Positions 18,429 to 28,196 of a stretch of DNA of 64,000 bases are shown here, in pieces. This DNA is from Candidatus Cloacimonadota bacterium (lineage in GTDB: Bacteria; Cloacimonadota; Cloacimonadia; JGIOTU-2). The notes beneath the pieces are model-generated. The model was not told the DNA's origin. It ran no database searches and worked only from the letters and a program-made list of their open reading frames with translations. The stretch covers positions 64,001 to 128,000 of the forward strand of contig JBNGBT010000005.1 in NCBI GenBank assembly GCA_049903315.1. The letters run 5' to 3'. How positions within the stretch are numbered: the stretch's first letter is position 1; the number at the start of each line of letters is the position of its first letter. Position numbers and translations under genes: made by a program.

Positions 18429-20018
18429 ATGAAGATTTTGCTCTACAAAGGAAAAGTTCTCACCCAAGATCCACACAATCCTATTGCGGATACAGTCCTT
18501 ATTGATGGCAATACTATTGCGTTTGTGGGAAGAAAGGATGAAGTATCTGATACATTGTTCGATGATATCCTCAGAATAGATCTAAAAAATAAAGTGCTAC
18601 TCCCGGGTTTTATTGACTGTCACACTCATTTTGTAAACTATGCTTTTTCAAAACGTTACATAAATTTATCGGGATGTAATTCTGCGGAGACGATAAAAAA
18701 GAAATTGCTCAATTTCAAGGAAAAAATTACCGAAAAGCAAGTCTGGATACATGGAAGCGGTTGGGATAAAAATTTGTGGGATGATCCGAGTTTTTTCACT
18801 AAGGCATTTCTTGATAGAATTTTTCCAGATATTCCTGTCTCACTTTCAAGTAAAGACCTCCATTCTTTTCTATGTAATTCTCAAGCTTTAAAAGAGATGA
18901 ACATTGGTCCTTCGACACCTGATCCTCTTGAGGGAAGTTTCGGTCGAAATCCGAATGGGTCATTGAATGGTTTTCTTTATGAAAAAGCATGGAAGTACAT
19001 CGATGAAGCACGTCCCAATTCCTCGTTTGACGAACAGGTCTCACTTGTGAAAGATGCAATCGATGAAGCACATCACTTGGGACTCACCGGCATCAACAGC
19101 ATGGAAGGCAAAGAAGCCTTTGAAATATTCACATATTTAAAAAAGAAAGACCAACTTAACCTCCGAACCTGCTGGCATTTCCGATATGAATTACTTGATG
19201 AAATGATTGAAAAGGGTATGCGTTCCTATACAGGTGATGAGTGGTTCAAATATGGCGGATTAAAGCTATTTATGGATGGCTCGATTGGGTCTCATACTGC
19301 ATATATGTTCCATCCATATGCAGGGCAGCCAGAAAATTACGGTAGCCATTTTTATAGTGAAGAAGAGCTCTTTGAAATTGTATATAAAGCAGCAAAAAAT
19401 GGAATTTCTCCAACGATCCATTCAATAGGGGACAAAGCAAATATTTTTGTCATCAATACACTCACAAAAGTGAAAAATATTCCTGAAATAAAAGCGAAAA
19501 ATCTGCTCTATCGTATCGAGCATCTTCAGTGCTGTCTGCCGGAAGACCAGCAGCGGGTTGCACAAGAAGGGATCTATTGCTCAATGCAGCCGATCCACAT
19601 TAGTATTGACGTGAAAACGACACAAAGGTTGTGGGGGGAGTACGGGAACAATTCATATCCATTCCGGTCCTTGTTGGATAGGGGAGCGCTTCTCGGATTT
19701 GGTTCGGATGTGCCTGTGGAAACGCATAATCCCTTCCTCGGAATATATTCTGCATTGGAAAGAAAATATCAGTGCGATTTTGATGAAAAAAGCTGGATTC
19801 CTGAACAGAGAATTACTGCGCAGGAAGCAATTCGTGCCTACACAATTGATGCTGCAAAGGGAATGCGAAGTGAGGACATAATTGGTTCAATTACTCCCGG
19901 GAAAAAAGCTGACCTCATTGTGATCGATGATTTCGAACATGAACCAAACGAATTCTGGCTGGAAGCAAAACCCTATATGACGATCGTGGATGGGGAAATT
20001 AAGTTTAATAATTTGTAA
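18429..20018 (+). CDS. Amidohydrolase (YtcJ-like, amidohydrolase 3)
   Basis: PGFIDCHTH, KLFMDGSIG, HSIGD, RIEH, GSDVP, PGKKAD. Confidence 0.9.
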   Translation: MKILLYKGKVLTQDPHNPIADTVLIDGNTIAFVGRKDEVSDTLFDDILRIDLKNKVLLPGFIDCHTHFVNYAFSKRYINLSGCNSAETIKKKLLNFKEKITEKQVWIHGSGWDKNLWDDPSFFTKAFLDRIFPDIPVSLSSKDLHSFLCNSQALKEMNIGPSTPDPLEGSFGRNPNGSLNGFLYEKAWKYIDEARPNSSFDEQVSLVKDAIDEAHHLGLTGINSMEGKEAFEIFTYLKKKDQLNLRTCWHFRYELLDEMIEKGMRSYTGDEWFKYGGLKLFMDGSIGSHTAYMFHPYAGQPENYGSHFYSEEELFEIVYKAAKNGISPTIHSIGDKANIFVINTLTKVKNIPEIKAKNLLYRIEHLQCCLPEDQQRVAQEGIYCSMQPIHISIDVKTTQRLWGEYGNNSYPFRSLLDRGALLGFGSDVPVETHNPFLGIYSALERKYQCDFDEKSWIPEQRITAQEAIRAYTIDAAKGMRSEDIIGSITPGKKADLIVIDDFEHEPNEFWLEAKPYMTIVDGEIKFNNL

Positions 20019-20144
20019 GAAAAATATCGACTTTATAAATTTTAAAACAATTGAAAGAAACCAATAAATAAATCAATCGATTTATCAGGAAAACGTCCCA
20101 ACGATTTCGATTATTTAATATATATTAATAAATTTAAAAAATAA

Positions 20145-20220
20145 TTGACAGCCCTTCAAAAAATATCACATATTGGCATCGAATGTCATAGATATTCAAA
20201 AAAAGTCAAAATATGGCATT
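20145..20220 (+). promoter_or_regulatory. dcw promoter with a 10-bp-phased repeat array (putative MraZ operator)
   Basis: TTGACA at 20145-20150, then pentamers CTTCA, TATCA, TGGCA, TGTCA, ATTCA, AGTCA, TGGCA starting at 20154, 20164, 20174, 20184, 20194, 20204, 20214. Confidence 0.6.
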
Positions 20221-20231
20221 CGGGAGGTTCC

Positions 20232-20669
20232 GTGTCCGGTACTTTTTTGGGTTCGATCGAAGGTTCGATTACCAATAGACGAGTGAGTATTCCTCAATCA
20301 TTCAGAGAGCTTATTGCACTCTCAGCACGGATGCTGGTCGTTGCAGTCCGAGGTAGAAAGAACACGATCTATATATTTCCAATGGATGTTTGGAAAAATC
20401 TGGAGCATGATCTTGAGCAGGGAACAGAAAATGAAAAACAACTCCTGAAAATGTTCCGCATCTATGCGACGGTGATTAAAGTCGAGGGACCGGGACGTAT
20501 CCTGTTACCTAAAAAATTGTTGGAGATCGCTGAGGTAGAAAATAAGATCGTTTTCTTGGGTGAAGGCAAATTCTTTTCAATCTGGAATCCTGAAAATTTC
20601 CAAAAATACGAAGAAGAAATTGCTCAGCACTATGATGAAAAACTGCAAGAGAATGAATTTCTCTTATAA
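20232..20669 (+). CDS. mraZ: Division/cell wall cluster transcriptional repressor MraZ
   Basis: GTG start after GGGAGG RBS; FLG...RVSIP and GRILLP AbrB-like repeats, F.IW; first gene of the dcw cluster. Confidence 0.85.
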   Translation: MSGTFLGSIEGSITNRRVSIPQSFRELIALSARMLVVAVRGRKNTIYIFPMDVWKNLEHDLEQGTENEKQLLKMFRIYATVIKVEGPGRILLPKKLLEIAEVENKIVFLGEGKFFSIWNPENFQKYEEEIAQHYDEKLQENEFLL

Positions 20670-20685
20670 ATCCGCAGGAGGAACA

Positions 20686-21111
20686 ATGAAAGTTTCCATC
20701 GGACAGATTATGCAATTCAAGAAGATCAAAGGAGTGAAACTTCCGGAAGGACCTTATAAGATCGAAAATTTTGATGACGTACCGCACGAAATGGAATTCG
20801 GTCTCTTTGCGTATGAGATCGGAGGAAATAGTGCTCAGTACATTGATGTAAAAAAACTTAAAAACGGCTCCGAAGAAGAAAAAGAACTACTCGAAAAATT
20901 TAAAATGTATTCATCTCTGCTGTCTGTAGAAGCACTTCCTCACCTCATGCACCCTAAAGATATCATTGATATCGAAGAAGTGAATGAACACATTTTACTA
21001 CATTGCGGAAATCGCTATTTCTCGATCTGGGATGGAGATAATTTCAAACGTTATGAAAAATATCTCAGTTTTAACCTGCATCAGGATCAACCTCACCACT
21101 ACGTGCAATGA
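20686..21111 (+). CDS. Degenerate MraZ paralog (141 aa)
   Basis: ATG at 20686 after AGGAGG RBS; ungapped manual alignment to the upstream MraZ gives 25/67 identities over the C-terminal half; ATGA-coupled to rsmH. Confidence 0.75.
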   Translation: MKVSIGQIMQFKKIKGVKLPEGPYKIENFDDVPHEMEFGLFAYEIGGNSAQYIDVKKLKNGSEEEKELLEKFKMYSSLLSVEALPHLMHPKDIIDIEEVNEHILLHCGNRYFSIWDGDNFKRYEKYLSFNLHQDQPHHYVQ

Positions 21112-22031
21112 AATCTTTTCACATTCCTGTTCTTAAAGACTGCTCTATTGACTTTCTCCAGATTAAAAAAGGTGGGATCTATGTCGATGCCACACTTGGT
21201 GGTGGAGGACACACGGAAGCGATGTTTGAACAGGAACAAGATATTCATGTTATTGCATTTGATCATGATAGGGATGCGATTGACTTCGCACAGAAACGCC
21301 TGAAAAAGTATTTGGACAGAATCATTTTTGTGAATAAAAATTTCTCTTATCTTTCCTCTGCATTAGCGCTTAACAGAATTTCAAAGATTGATGGCATTCT
21401 TTTTGATCTCGGTTTCTCCTCACATCAGATCGACCAGCAACGCGGTTTCAGTTACACGCAAGATGATGAACTGGATATGAGAATGAACCGCAACAACGGA
21501 AAACTTACTGCATACGACATTGTGAATTTTTATCCACAAGACAAACTGGAACAGGTTCTGCATGACTACAGCGAAGACAGGTTTTGGAAGCGTATCAGTA
21601 ATGCTATTCTTCGGGCGAGAAAAGACAAAAAGATAGAAACCACAAAACAACTGAGAGATATCATAGAAAAAGTGATCCCGAAAGATAAGGGATTTAAAAC
21701 ATTATCGAGAATTTTTCAGGCACTTCGTATCGAAGTGAATAAAGAACTCGATGCGCTTGAAAAGGGATTGAAATCTTCGGTAGAGGTTCTGAAAAAAGGT
21801 GGAAGGATCGCAGTCATTTCCTATCACTCTCTTGAGGATCGCATTGTGAAACAGTTTTTTAAATATGAGAATCTTGAATGTATTTGCCCAGCCTATTTAC
21901 CCCGCTGTGTTTGTGAAAAAGAAGTAAGATTGAAAATTATCACAAAAAAACCCGTCATTCCGACCGAGGAAGAGATCAAGGAAAATTCTCGTGCTCGAAG
22001 TGCAAAATTGCGCGTCGCAGAGAGGTGCTGA
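21108..22031 (+). CDS. rsmH: 16S rRNA m4C1402 methyltransferase RsmH (MraW)
   Basis: HIPVL, DATLGGGGH, DLGFSS.Q, LDMRM, FQALRIEVN, SYHSLEDR, RARSAKLR. Confidence 0.97.
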   Translation: MKSFHIPVLKDCSIDFLQIKKGGIYVDATLGGGGHTEAMFEQEQDIHVIAFDHDRDAIDFAQKRLKKYLDRIIFVNKNFSYLSSALALNRISKIDGILFDLGFSSHQIDQQRGFSYTQDDELDMRMNRNNGKLTAYDIVNFYPQDKLEQVLHDYSEDRFWKRISNAILRARKDKKIETTKQLRDIIEKVIPKDKGFKTLSRIFQALRIEVNKELDALEKGLKSSVEVLKKGGRIAVISYHSLEDRIVKQFFKYENLECICPAYLPRCVCEKEVRLKIITKKPVIPTEEEIKENSRARSAKLRVAERC

Positions 22032-22375
22032 TGAATAAAAAACCATCTATACTTTTTATCATTTTTATTTCATTTTTTTGCTTCATCGTGATTTCCAGTC
22101 TGCTCCGTTCACTTTTTCTTGAACAGCAAAGGGAACTCTTAGCCCTCGAACAGAAAATCCAGGACAGCCGCGATATTATTACTGATCTTAGAAATGATAT
22201 CAGCCAGTTATCCCTGGATACCCGCATCATAGAAATCGCCGGTAGCACTCTTCAAATGGATTTTCCTGATCCAACCAGCATTATCAGTGTGAAGAAAAAC
22301 CAGGTTTCTTCAGATCAAGTAAACTACTCTTTATTAAACTTTATTTCCCCGGAAGCTATTGCTGCGGATAAATAG
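22031..22375 (+). CDS. ftsL: Cell division protein FtsL-like
   Basis: Single N-terminal TM, leucine-zipper coiled coil, 'RIIEIA...LQM..P'; sits between rsmH and ftsI. Confidence 0.7.
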   Translation: MNKKPSILFIIFISFFCFIVISSLLRSLFLEQQRELLALEQKIQDSRDIITDLRNDISQLSLDTRIIEIAGSTLQMDFPDPTSIISVKKNQVSSDQVNYSLLNFISPEAIAADK

Positions 22376-22391
22376 CAAATAACTCTTTCCA

Positions 22392-24377
22392 ATGCAGCAA
22401 AATAAAGGTAGAATTGCATCGATAAAAATTATCTTTATTCTTGTATTTTGTGTTTTTATATTTCGATTATTCTCCATCCAATTATTAGACGTTTACGGCT
22501 TTTATAATAATTACCAACGTTATAAAAATAAGAAAACCATTGTACCCGCAGAGCGCGGTTTTATCTATGACAGGCATGGGATTGCACTGGCAGGCAACAA
22601 AAAATTATATAAGCTGGAATTCTGCCCGAAGCTGATAAAATGGGAAAAGAAGGACTCACTTTCTACTGTTGATAGAGAAATTGTATATGATGAAATAACT
22701 CAGATAATTGCTCAAAATACAGATAAAACCTGTGACGAGCTTACCAGCAGGATATCGACTTTTGAAGAGGATTTTCCTTATGGTTTTGAGCTTGTTACTC
22801 ACATCGATGCTGCACAAAAGGACAGGATATTGCAAGCTCTTGATAATCAGGGAATTCACGGTGTGCTCGATTACAAACAGAAATCGGAAAGAGTATATCC
22901 AAAAGGAGATCTGGCAGGTCCGCTCATCGGATTTTATGAGTATGATAATGACAATGCATTGTGTGGCATCGAACTTGTATCCGATAACGAATTGACCGGT
23001 CAGGACGGATGGTCCGAAGTAATTCAATACGGGACAGGTGATGATTTTCATTTTGATGACATGCCGCTGCAGAAACCGATTTCCGGTAAATCTGTTTACC
23101 TCACTATTGATGCTCATCTTCAGGCAATTCTGGAAAAAAATCTCATTCACGGCATTGAAGAGTATGATGCAAAAGGAGCGATTGGCATTATCATTTCTCC
23201 CTGTACAGGTGAAATATTTGCGATGAGAGGGATAAACCGCGAATATATAGATAGTTCTGTGCGAGAGAGTCATACTCTGCCGATCTACCCAATTAACTGG
23301 CAGTACGAACCCGGATCCACTCTCAAACCAGTCACTGCGCTCATCGCAATAGAAGATAATATTTATCATGCAGATGATATCATAGATTGCAGAACCCGGA
23401 AGATCGGCGGACGGACTATTTCCGATGTAAAACCGCTGCAATATTTGACCTTCAAGCAGGTTCTTTCTAAGTCTAGCAATTGCGGTATTACACGTGTCGC
23501 AGATAACATTGAACCGTACAAATTATATAAAACACTTACAGAACTCGGCTTTGGTCATAAAACAGGTATTATTTTAAATGGTGAAAGTGCAGGTCTTATT
23601 CGGCACCCGAGCAAGTGGTCCAAGTATTCCTTGCATTCCCTTTCTTTTGGTCAGGAACTCACTGTGACAGTGCTTCAACTTGCCTATGCGTATGCATCGC
23701 TTGCGAACGGCGGAAAAATGCTGCAGCCGAAAATAATATATAAAATTGAAGATGAGGAGCAGAACATCCTCTTTGAACCTCAAACAACTGTCGTGAGACA
23801 GGTATCAAATCTATGGGCTCTTGACACGCTCAGGACGTACTTAAAGGCAGTCGTTGATGAGGGACACGGAGTAGGAACTAAGCTTGGATATATTTCAATC
23901 GCAGGCAAAACAGGCACTGCGGAAAAACTCGATCCCGAAGGTCACGGATACCTTGAGGGAGCTTATATTACGAGTTTTGCGGGGTTTTTCCCTGTTGAGA
24001 ATCCCCAGGTAGTTATGGTGATATTATTTGATGAACCGGATTATGATCATCGCTACGGAAGTATATCAGCAGTTCCGACCTTCAGAAAAATTGTCGAAGA
24101 AATGACCGTCCTTCCACAAAATGATATTTTATACATAGCTAATGAAGCGAACCGGGAATATGTACTAGTTCCGAAATGCATCGGAAAATCCATAAAAGAA
24201 GCGTGCCAAATTTTGGTTGAGCACAATATAGATTTCACCAGTTTTGGGGACGGTGATATTATAATAGATCAGTTCCCCAAGCCAGGTGTGACAATGCTGG
24301 AAGGCTCATTTATAATCCTTCAGACTGGGTTTCAAATCCTCACACAAAATAACTTGAATCCAAACTTGACGCAATAA
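22392..24377 (+). CDS. ftsI: Class B penicillin-binding protein (FtsI/PBP3) with C-terminal PASTA domain
   Basis: RG.IYDR.G, R.YP.G, SxxK (STLK), SxN (SSN), KTGT; C-terminal VP...Q.P.PG PASTA pattern. Confidence 0.92.
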   Translation: MQQNKGRIASIKIIFILVFCVFIFRLFSIQLLDVYGFYNNYQRYKNKKTIVPAERGFIYDRHGIALAGNKKLYKLEFCPKLIKWEKKDSLSTVDREIVYDEITQIIAQNTDKTCDELTSRISTFEEDFPYGFELVTHIDAAQKDRILQALDNQGIHGVLDYKQKSERVYPKGDLAGPLIGFYEYDNDNALCGIELVSDNELTGQDGWSEVIQYGTGDDFHFDDMPLQKPISGKSVYLTIDAHLQAILEKNLIHGIEEYDAKGAIGIIISPCTGEIFAMRGINREYIDSSVRESHTLPIYPINWQYEPGSTLKPVTALIAIEDNIYHADDIIDCRTRKIGGRTISDVKPLQYLTFKQVLSKSSNCGITRVADNIEPYKLYKTLTELGFGHKTGIILNGESAGLIRHPSKWSKYSLHSLSFGQELTVTVLQLAYAYASLANGGKMLQPKIIYKIEDEEQNILFEPQTTVVRQVSNLWALDTLRTYLKAVVDEGHGVGTKLGYISIAGKTGTAEKLDPEGHGYLEGAYITSFAGFFPVENPQVVMVILFDEPDYDHRYGSISAVPTFRKIVEEMTVLPQNDILYIANEANREYVLVPKCIGKSIKEACQILVEHNIDFTSFGDGDIIIDQFPKPGVTMLEGSFIILQTGFQILTQNNLNPNLTQ

Positions 24378-24404
24378 ATGAGAATCAAAGTCTAAGGTTT
24401 CTTT

Positions 24405-25742
24405 ATGAAAAATTTGAAAATCCAACAGGTTATTACAGCGATTAATGCGACTACTATTGCACCGGAAGATGCAGAGATAAACTGTGTCGTACATGATTCT
24501 CGTGAGTGTAAAACTCATCCAGATAAGAAGATACTCTATTTTGCGATACCTGGTGAGCAGGTGGACGGACATGACTTTGTAAAAGAAGCACTCTCACAGG
24601 GAGCTTCTTATGCGGTTGTAGATCACGAGCTTCAGGATAAAATCGATTCCAAGAAACTCATTTTTGTTGAAGATACAGTAAAGGCATTGGATGCGCTGGG
24701 CAAATATTATCTCAGCCTGTTTAATATAACCAAAATAGCGATTACAGGTTCTGTTGGGAAGACCATCTCAAAAGAGTTCATTGCAAATGTTTTGTCTCAA
24801 AAATATAATGTTCATAGAAGTTCAGGAAATCTCAATACTACAATTGGACTCCCAATCACCATATTTGATATAGATGATAGTCACGAAATAACAGTTTTGG
24901 AACTCGGCACAAATCATTTTGGAGAGATAAAAACGCTCACAAAAATGGTCGAACCTGATATTGCGATTATCACGAATATCGGTCCATCGCATATAGAATT
25001 TTTGGAAAATCTCGGAGGCGTCTTCAAAGAAAAGAATGATATCTTCAAATATTCTCCAAATCAAACACTGAAAATTTTTAATGGAAATATTGCTTATCTT
25101 CAAAACAAAAAAGGTCAAACGCATTACTATTCCTATGGATTTGAGAATGATAACGATCTTGTTGTGAGTGACATAGCTCGCATTGATCATAAATATTCAT
25201 ACTTGGTAAATGATGAAAAATATTATAATTTTAATGACGTGTATCACAATGTTCTTAATGCCATTCCTGCGATAATTATCGGGAAGCATTTTGGGCTTTC
25301 TCACAAAGAGATTCAGAAAGGTCTATCAATAAAACCGGAAGTTGGCTTGAGGATGGAGATGCGAAGGAATACGAACAAAAAATGGACGATCATAGCTGAC
25401 TGTTACAATGCCAATCCTGTATCAATGATCTCAGCGCTGGAATATCTGCAATCTCTTCCTCATAAAGATAAGGTAGTGATACTCGGAGATATGCTCGAAC
25501 TTGGGCAAGAGAGTCAGCAGTATCATGAAGATATTGGCATACTGGTAAAGGATATGGGATTGAGGAGATCGATCGCAATCGGAGATATGGCAAGATTTTA
25601 TAAATTTATGACACATTACTCATCTGCAGAAGAATTCATAGACCATTTTTCGGATGAGATGTTTCCTGAGGGTGCTGCAATATTGGTAAAAGCATCCCGG
25701 GGTATTGCGTTAGAAAAAATCGCAGAAAGGCTGGCAACGTAA
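24405..25742 (+). CDS. murF: UDP-MurNAc-tripeptide:D-Ala-D-Ala ligase
   Basis: DSR, DGHDF, ITGSVGKT, ELG, DCYNANP, LGDMLELG, VKASRG. Confidence 0.93.
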   Translation: MKNLKIQQVITAINATTIAPEDAEINCVVHDSRECKTHPDKKILYFAIPGEQVDGHDFVKEALSQGASYAVVDHELQDKIDSKKLIFVEDTVKALDALGKYYLSLFNITKIAITGSVGKTISKEFIANVLSQKYNVHRSSGNLNTTIGLPITIFDIDDSHEITVLELGTNHFGEIKTLTKMVEPDIAIITNIGPSHIEFLENLGGVFKEKNDIFKYSPNQTLKIFNGNIAYLQNKKGQTHYYSYGFENDNDLVVSDIARIDHKYSYLVNDEKYYNFNDVYHNVLNAIPAIIIGKHFGLSHKEIQKGLSIKPEVGLRMEMRRNTNKKWTIIADCYNANPVSMISALEYLQSLPHKDKVVILGDMLELGQESQQYHEDIGILVKDMGLRRSIAIGDMARFYKFMTHYSSAEEFIDHFSDEMFPEGAAILVKASRGIALEKIAERLAT

Positions 25743-26845
25743 TGTTTTATCATATTTTGTACCCTCTTGTAAGGGTTCACATCATTTTTAATGTTTTTCA
25801 GTACATTACTTTCCGCGCGATCGGTGCATTTGTTACCGCGCTTATTTTATGTTTTATATTTGGTCCCAAAATCATCAAATCCTTGAGAAAACATCAGGTA
25901 ACAGAAAATATTAATACGCTCCTCCCTGCTACACATATGAAGAAAAAGGGAACTCCCACGATGGGAGGTATTATAATTGGTCTTGGATTGCTTATTTCAA
26001 GCCTGCTCTGGAACAATCTTACAAATCCCTATGTGCTAATAGCGCTGCTTGTGACGTTATGGTTAGGGGGATTAGGATTTCTGGATGACTATCTGAAAAA
26101 TGTGCGGCATTTAGAGCAGGGTTTAGTTGAAAAATACAAGATCGCAGGACAGCTTGTGCTCGGAATCCTCATTGCTGTTACTCTCTATTTCGGATATCAG
26201 CAAAGTCATTCGATCACGTATATTAGTGTTCCATTTTTAAAAGATACATCATTTTCACTTGGTGTATTATTCATTCCTTTTGTGGCACTATTTATCACTT
26301 TTTATTCAAATGCAGTAAATCTGACTGATGGATTGGATGGGCTCGCAGCAGGAACTATCGCGCTTGTTGCGTTCGGATTGGGAGTTATGGCATATGTGAA
26401 AGGTCATATTGTGATCGCAGACTATCTAAAGCTCGAATTTATTGCTGATGCAGGGGAGTTAACCGTATTTACCACTGCAATTATTGGCTCGATACTGGGA
26501 TTCCTCTGGTTTAATATAAAACCTGCTCAGGTGTTCATGGGAGATACCGGAGCACTCTCCATGGGAGGTGTCCTGGCTGTCATGGCTATCCTCCTCAAAG
26601 AAGAGATCTTTTTTGTAATGATCGGTCTTGTGTTCGTTGTTGAGGCAGTTTCATCTCTTGTTCAGAGATACTATTTCAAGCATACACGCATAAAGCACGG
26701 TGAAGGAAAACGCTTACTACTCTGTGCTCCGCTCCATCATCATTACGAGCTGAAAGGCTGGTCCGAAAACCAGATCGTCATACGTTTCTGGATCGTAACC
26801 ATGCTTTTGACCGCTATCGGACTTGCCACATTAAAGTTAAGATAA
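25742..26845 (+). CDS. mraY: Phospho-MurNAc-pentapeptide transferase
   Basis: KKGTPTMGG, DDY, NAVNLTDGLDGLA, FMGDTG, APLHHHYE. Confidence 0.97.
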   Translation: MFYHILYPLVRVHIIFNVFQYITFRAIGAFVTALILCFIFGPKIIKSLRKHQVTENINTLLPATHMKKKGTPTMGGIIIGLGLLISSLLWNNLTNPYVLIALLVTLWLGGLGFLDDYLKNVRHLEQGLVEKYKIAGQLVLGILIAVTLYFGYQQSHSITYISVPFLKDTSFSLGVLFIPFVALFITFYSNAVNLTDGLDGLAAGTIALVAFGLGVMAYVKGHIVIADYLKLEFIADAGELTVFTTAIIGSILGFLWFNIKPAQVFMGDTGALSMGGVLAVMAILLKEEIFFVMIGLVFVVEAVSSLVQRYYFKHTRIKHGEGKRLLLCAPLHHHYELKGWSENQIVIRFWIVTMLLTAIGLATLKLR

Positions 26846-26846
26846 T

Positions 26847-28196
26847 ATGGATTGGAAAGGTAAGAAAGTAGCAGTTATCGGTCTTGCAAGAAGTGGTCTT
26901 GCTGCATCACAGAAGCTGAGAGAGATCGGTGCACAACCTTTTTTATCAGATATTCGTTCCAAAGAAAAATTGAAAGCGATACTTCCTCTTATTAGTGATT
27001 TTGAATATGAAGCAGGCGGACATACCAAGAAAGTTCTTCAAAATGATCTGATCATTGTGAGTCCAGGAGTTCCACTTGATATTCCTATTTTGAGAAAAGC
27101 TCAAGAAAAAGGAATGCCAGTTTGGAGCGAATTGGAATTCGGATTTCAGCTTGTAAAAAACACTTCCTCGAAAATCATTGCAATTACGGGGTCAAATGGG
27201 AAGAGCACTACAACTTCGCTTATTCATCATATTTTGAAAGAGAGCGGAAAAAATGCACTTCTTGCAGGTAATATCGGGTTGCCATTCACTTCGTTTCCAA
27301 TTGAGAAAGGTGAATATGATTATATCGTTTTGGAAGTCAGCAGTTTTCAACTCGATGGGATTATGCAATTCCACCCGGATATTGCACTTATGCTGAACAT
27401 CACTCCCGATCACTTGAACCGATATCATACTTTTGATGCATATAGAAATTCGAAATTACGCATTTTTGAAAATCAAACAAACCAGGATACTGCACTCTTA
27501 AATTTCGATGATGACGAATGCAATCGTTTAAACGAAATTGGTTTCTCACAAAAAATATTCTACAGTGTATACGAGAAAGTGAATGATAATGTTTGGTTTG
27601 AGAATGATCAGATTGTGATACATTCAAAAGATAATACTTCTTTTTTACACTCTCACGAGCTTCCGATAATGGGCTTACATAACATCAGCAACGCAGTTGT
27701 ATCTTCCCTCGTAGGTGTGTTATGCGGATTGAAATCCGGTCAAATATGCACAGCTCTGAAAAATTTCAAAGGGTTGGAACACCGTCTTGAATGGGTAGCT
27801 GAAATTGATGAAAGAATTTTTATTAATGATTCAAAAGCAACAAATTGTGTGTCAGTCGAGAAAGCACTGGCATCATTCGATAAACCGATAAATCTTATAA
27901 TGGGAGGTTCGGATAAGCATGAAGACTTTTCATCACTTATCCCGCTTATACAAAAAAATGTCAGAAATCTGATCGTACTTGGAGAAACCAAAGCCCAAAT
28001 CGTTGTCACATTCAGAAAATTCGTGAACATATTAGAGGTTACTGATTTGCAAGAAGCTTTGAGTGTTGCATTTAACAATTCAAAACCTGGTGAATATATT
28101 TTACTTTCTCCCGGGTGCGCCAGTTATGATATGTATGATAATTTTGAAGAGCGGGGAAAGCACTTCAAACAGCTTGTGTGTGAGATTAAGATATGA
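26847..28196 (+). CDS. murD: UDP-MurNAc-L-Ala:D-Glu ligase
   Basis: GLARSG, SPGVP, ITGSNGKSTT, EVSSFQL, DHLNRY, NDSKATN, SPGCASYD. Confidence 0.97.
   Translation: MDWKGKKVAVIGLARSGLAASQKLREIGAQPFLSDIRSKEKLKAILPLISDFEYEAGGHTKKVLQNDLIIVSPGVPLDIPILRKAQEKGMPVWSELEFGFQLVKNTSSKIIAITGSNGKSTTTSLIHHILKESGKNALLAGNIGLPFTSFPIEKGEYDYIVLEVSSFQLDGIMQFHPDIALMLNITPDHLNRYHTFDAYRNSKLRIFENQTNQDTALLNFDDDECNRLNEIGFSQKIFYSVYEKVNDNVWFENDQIVIHSKDNTSFLHSHELPIMGLHNISNAVVSSLVGVLCGLKSGQICTALKNFKGLEHRLEWVAEIDERIFINDSKATNCVSVEKALASFDKPINLIMGGSDKHEDFSSLIPLIQKNVRNLIVLGETKAQIVVTFRKFVNILEVTDLQEALSVAFNNSKPGEYILLSPGCASYDMYDNFEERGKHFKQLVCEIKI

Noticed and set aside
20560..20685. N-terminal extension of the 183-aa ORF in the track
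   Set aside because: It overlaps mraZ; the strong AGGAGG RBS supports ATG 20686 as the start
22656..23441. 261-aa antisense ORF inside ftsI, and the other short antisense or overlapping ORFs in the track
   Set aside because: Shadow frames of well-conserved genes with no recognisable motifs
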